From IMG/VR virus record IMGVR_UViG_3300011577_000001: a stretch of 64,000 bases of DNA. The stretch is one strand, 5' to 3'. The translations under genes and the position numbers were made by a program. The notes beneath the pieces are model-generated. The model was given only the letters and a program-made list of their open reading frames with translations, was not told the origin of the DNA and did not search any database. Numbering within the stretch: the stretch's first letter is position 1; every line of letters starts with the position of its first letter. This stretch comes from a virus. Lineage: Duplodnaviria; Caudoviricetes. This document shows, piece after piece, positions 57,601-64,000 of the stretch.

Positions 57601-60600
57601 ACGTCCCCGTGACATGTACATCCCAGGTAACCCAACCCCAATCCTGTTGGCCTCAGTAATGACGGCTGGTGGATACCGTAACGCTGACGGGTCTCCGATC
57701 CGCAAGTGGACGGATATCAAGGGTACGGTATATGACCTTGAGAACAACGTAGTCGTTTCCTTGGAGACGCTGCGTCAAGGTCTGGTGGACATCGCTGGTA
57801 AGAAGTTCACAACGTTTAAGGGTGCTCTGTGGAACGGTGCTAAGTCTCTCGTCGGTGGTGCACTTCGCACTGGACGTCGCATGTTTAACTCTGCGAAGTC
57901 GATGCTCGGTAAAGGCTTTAGCTCTCTGAAGAAGGGAGCAACTGGTCTGCTGGGTATGGCGAAGGGTGGACTGAAGAAGGTTGGGATCAATCTGGGTGGC
58001 GGTGGTTCTTCTGAGATGATGGAAGTCATCGGGGAATACCAAATCCTGTTGCTCGAAGAAATTCGAGACGGTATCCGTGACCTCAAACCTAAAACCATTC
58101 GAGGCGACTTGGATGGTGATGGTATCCGTGAGAACTCTGCTCAGTTCTTGAGCGAGCGCCGTAAGAAAGTTCGTGAGGAGCGTGAAGCGAAACAGAAGGA
58201 ACGCGACGAAGCACGCAATGGTAAGAAGGAAGAGAAGAAGGGTGGACTCTTAGGTCTGCTTGCCATGATCGCAGGTGGCGTAGGGACGATGGTCAAGAAA
58301 TTGATCGATATCCCGAAATCCATCTATCACCTTGCCAAGACCTTCATGTCGATCAAGAACGCAAGTGGTTTGATGGACGCTGTAGGTTCTCTGGGTGGTG
58401 GTAAGGTCGGTAAGTTGGGTCGCATCGCCAAAGGTGTAGGTCGCTTTGGTTGGGGTGCTACCAAGATGCTTGGACGTACCGCAATGGGCGTTGGGCGTCT
58501 GGCCTTCGGCGGCGTTGGTGGTTTGGCTCGTGGTGCTTGGGCTTTAGGCTCAGCAGCCGTGGGCGTCCTGGGTGCTCCGATTGTGTTGGGTGCTGCTGCG
58601 GTTGCCGCAGTGGGTTATCTGGCGTACAAAGGGTACAAAGCGTACAAGAAAGCTAAGAACAGTCACCTGGTCAAGTACCGGATGGCTCAGTACGGTATTT
58701 CTTGGGACGACGAAGACCAAGTCAGCAAAGCCATGGAGTTGGAGCTGATTGTAGCTCCGGCTGTTCAATTCAACTCTACGGCTCCTCGCATTGATTGGAA
58801 AGCTGTTAAGATCGATAAGATCAAGGAACTGTTTGGTCTCTCAGACGACGAGCCTGAAAAGACTGAACGCTTCGGCCATTGGTTCGAGACTCGTTTCGGC
58901 CCAGTGATGATCGCTCATCTGAAAATGCTTCAACGGTTCTCGACCAGCACCAAGCTGGAAGAAGCTGACGATGCAGTGAAGATCGAAGACAAGCTGAAGT
59001 TCCTCGAAGGCGTTAAAGTTGACGACCCGGCTAAGACCTACGGGGACATGACCAGTCCGTTCGACGATGACGACCTTGCGATGGGTCCTGCCGAGGTTCA
59101 AAAGGTTTGGGACGAAGTCACTGCGGAGATCAAGGAGAACATGCCTGAGAAGGCAAAAGAATCCAAAGGTGACCAACCGTCTACTGGTGCGAAAGAAGCG
59201 GCTGCTGCTGGCGCTGCTGCGGGTGCTTTGAAGCAGAAAGGGTTCATGGATGGAATCAAGGATGCCTATAAAGACTCGACGCTGAGCAAGCTCGTGAATG
59301 GTGTCAAAACCGTTAACGATGCTATTGGTGGGGCAATCTTGGGTGCGGGTGCTGCTATCTTTGCCCCGTTCGTCAAACCGTTCGGTGATTTCTTCGCCAG
59401 TATCAAAGAGAAAATCTTTGGTAAGGACTTTAAGGTTCCGTCCATCCTGTCGGGTGAGATTGACCCTCTGACCAGTATTCGTTACCGCCTCTACGGTGTG
59501 TATTCGATGGAGTACGCGCGTGTCTCGCCAATCTCTAAACTGGAAGAGTTGTTGATCGACGATGTAACGTATTCGGGTAGCGGTAAGGCTGAGTACGATG
59601 GGGACCCTGCTGAAATCTGGAAGAAGGTAGCCGGTAGCTTTACGGCAACGCCTGATTCAGAAGAAGCACGCGATCGCTGGGTGAAGTGGTTCAGCAATCG
59701 TTTCCTTCCGGTGTTCATTTCCTACCTGACCGCTGTACGTGGCTTCACCAAGAACGGTAACCCGTTCGATGCGTACAGTCGTCTGCGTGCAGCACAGAGC
59801 CTTGAAATCGCTCGGTTCATGAACTCGGCCAACGCCGATGAGAATGCCAAGTCTGAAGACAACCGTTCTGTGTGGGGAGTGACGGCTTCACCGTTTGATG
59901 ATTATCCGCTCAACACGGATGCCAAGATCATTGAACCGTTCATCAGTCTGATTCAGGCTGACGCTAACAAGGAAGTGTTGAACGAAAAGGTGAAGGCTGG
60001 TGCAGCAGCTAAGACCCAAGACCTGATCAATCGGGCGATGGGTACGAACGTTAACAATAAGCCTGGCGATCTGTTGATGCGCAAGGATAATGGTAACGCT
60101 GCTCGCTCCATGTTGCCTGGTGGTCTGTTGAGCGCGATGTATGGCTCAATGAAGACTGCTGGCGGTGACCCAGGCTACATGAATGGTGGCTTGCAGGTCA
60201 TGCACCCTGGAAACGGTACGGGTGGTAGTGTCAACGACTTGCCGCAGGTCTCAGGACCTGATGGTGAGTACTCGACCTATAAAGACATGATCATTGCGGC
60301 GTCTAAGATGGTCGGGGTTGACCCTGGCCTGATGGCTACGATGGCTGCCTTGGAATCTGGGTTCCGAGGTCGCGTCAAAGCAAGTACGTCGTCTGCGTCT
60401 GGCCTTTATCAGTTCATCGATACGACGTGGAAAGCAATGTTGGCAACGTACGGTTCGAAGTATGGACTGGACCCCAACACGCCTCCAAGCGATCCTCGAG
60501 CGAACGCACTGCTCGGTGCTGAGTACATCCGCGAGAACACTGAGAAGCTCAAGCAAGGTCTGGGTCGGGAACCTACGGATACCGATATCTACCTGGCTCA

Positions 60601-62074
60601 CTTCTTGGGTCCTAACGGGGCGCTGAAACTGCTCTCCTCCAAAGGGGATGCAAACGCAGCTACCCTCATGCCGAAAGCGGCTGCGGCTAACAAGTCGATC
60701 TTCTTCGCTGATGGCCGTCCTCGTACGGTTAGTCAGGTTTACGCTGAGATTGACCGTCGAGTTAAAGCTAAGCGCGACATGTACGCAGGTGATGCTCGCT
60801 CTGCGATGGGTATGGACCCCGGTAAGGCTAACACCCCAACCCCATCCATTCCTGGTGTAACGGCTGCTGCTGGTCTCGGGATGCCGCCTGCGGCTAATGA
60901 TGGCGGTAGTGCTGGTGGGATGGGTGCAGGTACGGTAGGTGTCATGGCTCCGGCCTCGATGCCAACTCCGTCCGGTACGGGTAGTGGTTTTAGTGGTGGA
61001 GGTGCGGCAGAGCCTTCACTGGGTAGTGGTGGTAGTGGGATGAACGTCCCAGGTATCACACCGATCAGTGGCTCTCAACAAGCCCTGTCCACTAACCCAA
61101 CCTTGGCAAATGGGAAAGACGCAGGTACTGCAATCCTGCAACGGGAGAAATCCACTGATGGTGGTACCTTCGGTAAGCTCACGCTGCCAGACGGTACCTC
61201 GTACAACACCTTGGAACTGGCTTGGCGTAACAACGAGTCAGGTAAGTCTTGCATTCCTCCGGGGACTTACAAAGTCGAGACGCGGAACTCTCCGAAGTTC
61301 GGTCCTGGCGTATACGAGGTGAAGAACGTTCCTGGTCGTTCAGCGATCCTAATCCACTCCGGCAACTACGCGGGTAACGTGGACAAAGGTCAGAAGTCGA
61401 ACGTTCAAGGTTGCATCATGCTGGGCTTCTCACGCTCGGTGCAAAGCGGACAACCGATGATCAACGAATCAAAGGCCGCAATGCAGTCGTTCATGGATAA
61501 GATGGGTGGGCGTCCGTTCACTCTGACCATCGTGAGCGCAGAAGGGGATACGGCAACTCCAGCCGGAACCCAGGGTACTCCTCCAGATAAAGCGCAAGTC
61601 TCTCCGTTGGCAGCGTCTGTAGCATCTCCGATGCCCACTCCGTCGTCGTCGACTCCGAGTGCTACGCCAACTCTGGCTTCTGTGAGCGGTAGCTTTGCCG
61701 CAGGTGCACAAGGTGGTGGCGGTTCCGGTGAGCCTCAGCTCAACGTGGCTTCTGCTGCACTGTACCAGAAGGCATTGGCAGAGAAGCGGGCTGAAGCTGT
61801 AGCGGTCCAAGACCGTGAAAACAACAGCCAACTTCAATCCAACGTGGGTTCGATCACTGACTACTTGAAACAACAGTTGGAAGTGCAGAACAAGATGGCC
61901 TCGTCTCTGGATTCCATTGACAAGAACATCCAACACTTGGTTGAGTCCGAACCTGCAAAGGAACAGACTCCTGCTGATAAACAAGCCCAAGCCAGCAAAG
62001 GTAACACTGCTCCACGGCCTGCCGAGGTTGCTGTTCGCAGCACCCCAATCAGCCTGAAGCGTATGAAGGCATAA
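54674..62074 (+). CDS. Tail tape-measure/lysin protein (phiKZ gp181-like) with SLT transglycosylase and DUF5675-like domains
   Basis: 2466 aa; helical, G/K-rich and hydrophobic segments; SLT motifs ALESGF, ASGLYQF, YLAHFLG (~60280-60780); DUF5675-like TLE...CIPPGTY...VPGRSAILIHSGN...GCI (~61130-61530). Confidence 0.88.
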   Translation: MAKDHNDIDDDLDNFDDFDFGDDFNFDTPPPKDDRKPIVKVATSFLAGAAEELSDPTRVKKMALDALPEGYGKASGMVDKVASTGRELYHTTAEELKPVIRDAKRLGRRVLPMAKSFLPDKLAKKLEDMTSEEPKGPSVEQTRDALINSEIGDIFKLQMEADAQQREEDNVEEQAQRKQDTARFKTEIQTLNSILAGVNRQVAYQDQILARYQKKSLELQYLQYFTLRDTYELHKASAKDTKVALQDIVKNTGLPEFVKSNLSEHGGHLFRERLLGAASAKAKEFGAKFIDKYAGNIKEAVKKNVSGFKEAAMGAFTNADMLLDAQQSMADAGVQSDPYSSAGKFAGGYLGGEAGNAVAKWLRPILSKNKTIAKFGNSLEYGVDNAPALISDWAKGNAGENTGFKLWDKGLRAFKDLAPKDIVDNKLGETDLLRSQDAVPFTHLVRKSITDIIPGYLSRIHHELAIIRTGDPSVKRVGYDLKDGSFASMDKITKSMAGSLFDQTKNFDGVRDKTNELIDKIEEKHGQKLSATQRKALYNKFIEKAADSQGRFNIKELSDVDTWKDLSDDDALKLSYLFSDDIGEERQNQYSKQFLKIRDHVNNPTDAIKSMVDAGQLEHMRKLGLITGEGEDRRINQKRIVEILQRGGFGEPTDGGTDSPGGTPRNPNGGAGGGNPLGGLRTSNDNPQAAHKDAEKVATPKNPNEFMETIGEYQMLLLEDIRKGIANPAALAQYADAARNDPKATEEECTCVDKMIEAYKEGNQQVVDQLAATYELLISGQLQTISMGVPFDPEKMGMRTLRGHLGKGFGKLKKGGQWVGGKFSNYYKTAMDLQKNIIKGGFKGAWMGAKGTANLLFGRAKKKVNEWGDVYVKGQIRPIMTWAQLKAGEYLNEDGSPITSWKDVKGPVKNKAGEYVLTAEQFAKGLVDEQARPMLTKIKDFGKGLFEKITNAYTAPFKAIKGMITGAWKTARDFVERPRDMYIPGNPTPILLASVMTAGGYRNADGSPIRKWTDIKGTVYDLENNVVVSLETLRQGLVDIAGKKFTTFKGALWNGAKSLVGGALRTGRRMFNSAKSMLGKGFSSLKKGATGLLGMAKGGLKKVGINLGGGGSSEMMEVIGEYQILLLEEIRDGIRDLKPKTIRGDLDGDGIRENSAQFLSERRKKVREEREAKQKERDEARNGKKEEKKGGLLGLLAMIAGGVGTMVKKLIDIPKSIYHLAKTFMSIKNASGLMDAVGSLGGGKVGKLGRIAKGVGRFGWGATKMLGRTAMGVGRLAFGGVGGLARGAWALGSAAVGVLGAPIVLGAAAVAAVGYLAYKGYKAYKKAKNSHLVKYRMAQYGISWDDEDQVSKAMELELIVAPAVQFNSTAPRIDWKAVKIDKIKELFGLSDDEPEKTERFGHWFETRFGPVMIAHLKMLQRFSTSTKLEEADDAVKIEDKLKFLEGVKVDDPAKTYGDMTSPFDDDDLAMGPAEVQKVWDEVTAEIKENMPEKAKESKGDQPSTGAKEAAAAGAAAGALKQKGFMDGIKDAYKDSTLSKLVNGVKTVNDAIGGAILGAGAAIFAPFVKPFGDFFASIKEKIFGKDFKVPSILSGEIDPLTSIRYRLYGVYSMEYARVSPISKLEELLIDDVTYSGSGKAEYDGDPAEIWKKVAGSFTATPDSEEARDRWVKWFSNRFLPVFISYLTAVRGFTKNGNPFDAYSRLRAAQSLEIARFMNSANADENAKSEDNRSVWGVTASPFDDYPLNTDAKIIEPFISLIQADANKEVLNEKVKAGAAAKTQDLINRAMGTNVNNKPGDLLMRKDNGNAARSMLPGGLLSAMYGSMKTAGGDPGYMNGGLQVMHPGNGTGGSVNDLPQVSGPDGEYSTYKDMIIAASKMVGVDPGLMATMAALESGFRGRVKASTSSASGLYQFIDTTWKAMLATYGSKYGLDPNTPPSDPRANALLGAEYIRENTEKLKQGLGREPTDTDIYLAHFLGPNGALKLLSSKGDANAATLMPKAAAANKSIFFADGRPRTVSQVYAEIDRRVKAKRDMYAGDARSAMGMDPGKANTPTPSIPGVTAAAGLGMPPAANDGGSAGGMGAGTVGVMAPASMPTPSGTGSGFSGGGAAEPSLGSGGSGMNVPGITPISGSQQALSTNPTLANGKDAGTAILQREKSTDGGTFGKLTLPDGTSYNTLELAWRNNESGKSCIPPGTYKVETRNSPKFGPGVYEVKNVPGRSAILIHSGNYAGNVDKGQKSNVQGCIMLGFSRSVQSGQPMINESKAAMQSFMDKMGGRPFTLTIVSAEGDTATPAGTQGTPPDKAQVSPLAASVASPMPTPSSSTPSATPTLASVSGSFAAGAQGGGGSGEPQLNVASAALYQKALAEKRAEAVAVQDRENNSQLQSNVGSITDYLKQQLEVQNKMASSLDSIDKNIQHLVESEPAKEQTPADKQAQASKGNTAPRPAEVAVRSTPISLKRMKA

Positions 62075-62116
62075 GCGGAGAGGGGGCAACCCCTCTCCTT
62101 CTTTTGAGGACAGTCT

Positions 62117-64000
62117 ATGGCTACGGCTACACAGATTAAAGACACAGACTGGATCAGACAATCGTTTATGCTGCCCCGTAAAGCTATTGCGAATGCGGAT
62201 TCGATTCGACGGACGTTAACCGACGCTCGATTCAAGTTCACTGACACACGCTTAGGTGGCAACTTTGCGATTAACCCTCCTCCTCAGTTCACTCGCTATG
62301 CGGACTTGGTGGTTCCAAGTTTGTACAGTAAGTCAACCGGACAGGGGCGTTACTACAGTGAGGCCATTGACGACAACGCACAATTGATCCACATGCGTTT
62401 TGGCGTACCGGAGTTCAACTCCCTCACCAACTTCTTCTTCAACTTCTACAACCCGCAAGCTGCAACTCTGGCGCGTACAGGTCGAGCTAACCCTCTGTCC
62501 TTCGCACTGGGTAAGTTGTTCGGTACAGTAATCACGTTGCCTCTCCAGTTGTTGATCACTGGTGGTGCAGCGCTGAGCTTCTTCTTGGGTCGCCCTACGT
62601 CGAAGTACTACTACCTCAAGCCTGCGATGCCGTTGTACTGGAACGCTGTGAATACCATCGCCAACGGTATTGCAGTAAACATGGGTCTGACCCCACGTAC
62701 CTTCCAGGATGACGAAAAGAAATCGATGCCGGGTACTCTCGAGAACACGGCTGAGATGGCAAAGATCTACCATGCCTTTAACCCAGGTATCTGGCACGAG
62801 TCGGGTCAGATCGACGTGTACTCTTTAGCCACCAACGCCCAGCGTCTGGCTAACGACCAACGTGACAAGATGGAGGAGATCCTCGAAACCCGAGAGTCTC
62901 CAGCAGCTATCCGCTCAGCCATCTTGGAATACCGTGAACGCCCTCAGGTTAACGACAATCGCATCTTCAAAGACTTTGAGTCGTATCTGTCAGCCTACCA
63001 AGGCTTAAACAAGAAAGACGCAGAGACTGACGACGGTAGCGCTGAGAAGACCGGGGATACTCGTACCTATGAAAAGTCGCTGTTGGACTTCATGGAACGC
63101 GAGCACAACGACGGTGGTCAATGGGTCACGTTCAACGTAGAGCACACCGGTACTGCCGCAGAGAGTTTCCAAAGCTCTGTACGGGAGTCGGATATCTCGT
63201 CCAAACTGAACGGGTTGTCTGCAACAGGTCGCTCTGCTCGATTCTCCACTGCTGACGGACAGACCGGCATCAACCCACTCGATAGCGTCATGTCGATGGT
63301 GGGCAGTTTCATTGACGGTGCCTTGGACTCGATTAAGCTTTCGGGCTTGATGGCGTTCTCCGGTATGGCGATTGCTGACATTCCAAAGATGTGGGAATCC
63401 TCCTCGGCACAACTGCCACGGATGGACTACACCATTAAACTGCGGACTCCGTATGGGAACAAGTTCTCTCGGTTCTGCGACCTGATGGTTCCCCTGTCGA
63501 TGTTGTTGGCGGCCGCTTTGCCAATCTCCACGGGTAAGCAATCCTACACCTCGCCGTTCTTGGTTGAACTGTACTCCAAAGGTCGGGCACAAACTCGACT
63601 GGGTATGGTTGAGTCACTGAGCATCACGCGTGGTACGGGTAACTTGGGTTGGACGCAAGACCAGGAACCTCTGGGCATTGACGTGACCTTCTCTGTGGTG
63701 GATCTGTCTTCCATCATGCACATGCCAATCAACGCTGGTTTCTCGCTTAACGATGCTGTGGCTACTGGTCTTGGTGTTGGTACTGCCCTTCTGGGCGGTG
63801 GTGGCGTAAAAGCATTGACTGCCGGTGCTTCGATGGTGGCAGGTACTGACTTTGCTAAGGGTGTGTTCTCCGAAGACACCATGTTCTCTGACTACCTGGC
63901 TATCTTGTCGAGTATGTCGCTCACTGAGCAGACGTACACGTACCAGAAGCTGCGTGTCAACTTAGCGAAACAAATGGGCTCGATGAATACCTGGTTCTCA
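62117..64000 (+). CDS. Tail/baseplate protein (phiKZ gp182-like), partial
   Basis: Not in the ORF track (runs off the edge); RBS GAGGA; MATATQIKDTDWIRQSFML...KFTDTRLGGNFAINPPPQFTRYAD; follows the gp181-like gene. Confidence 0.8.
   Translation, partial: MATATQIKDTDWIRQSFMLPRKAIANADSIRRTLTDARFKFTDTRLGGNFAINPPPQFTRYADLVVPSLYSKSTGQGRYYSEAIDDNAQLIHMRFGVPEFNSLTNFFFNFYNPQAATLARTGRANPLSFALGKLFGTVITLPLQLLITGGAALSFFLGRPTSKYYYLKPAMPLYWNAVNTIANGIAVNMGLTPRTFQDDEKKSMPGTLENTAEMAKIYHAFNPGIWHESGQIDVYSLATNAQRLANDQRDKMEEILETRESPAAIRSAILEYRERPQVNDNRIFKDFESYLSAYQGLNKKDAETDDGSAEKTGDTRTYEKSLLDFMEREHNDGGQWVTFNVEHTGTAAESFQSSVRESDISSKLNGLSATGRSARFSTADGQTGINPLDSVMSMVGSFIDGALDSIKLSGLMAFSGMAIADIPKMWESSSAQLPRMDYTIKLRTPYGNKFSRFCDLMVPLSMLLAAALPISTGKQSYTSPFLVELYSKGRAQTRLGMVESLSITRGTGNLGWTQDQEPLGIDVTFSVVDLSSIMHMPINAGFSLNDAVATGLGVGTALLGGGGVKALTAGASMVAGTDFAKGVFSEDTMFSDYLAILSSMSLTEQTYTYQKLRVNLAKQMGSMNTWFS

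Noticed and set aside
1-64000. CRISPR array, introns or inteins in the polymerase, terminase or RNAP genes
   Set aside because: No regularly spaced repeats seen; these ORFs are continuous and I noticed no intein motifs.

Overview
64 kb of a phiKZ-like, nucleus-forming jumbo phage (Chimalliviridae-type); all calls come from motif recognition and synteny, with no searches or folding programs run. The core genes are chimallin (partial, left edge), the family-B DNA polymerase subunit, PhuZ tubulin, large terminase, baseplate/tail genes with sheath and tube, prohead protease, two virion RNA polymerase subunits, a 2466-aa gp181-like tail protein (lytic transglycosylase plus a DUF5675-like domain) and a partial gp182-like gene (right edge). 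Four free-standing homing endonucleases each have their own early-promoter motif. The most unusual part is a ~5.4 kb minus-strand RNA island (~9.06-14.46 kb). It has 9 tRNAs with readable anticodons, up to five non-canonical tRNA-like RNAs (two with structured inserts replacing the anticodon loop), several ORF-free, extensively base-paired RNA candidates of 200-650 nt, and a Tad2 (DUF2829) anti-defence fusion followed by a stand-alone paralog of its extra domain. Other observations are a shared C-terminal PPSARW on two adjacent genes, a ParB-GNAT fusion with a protease-site linker, and a recurring hairpin+TTTATGCCG element.
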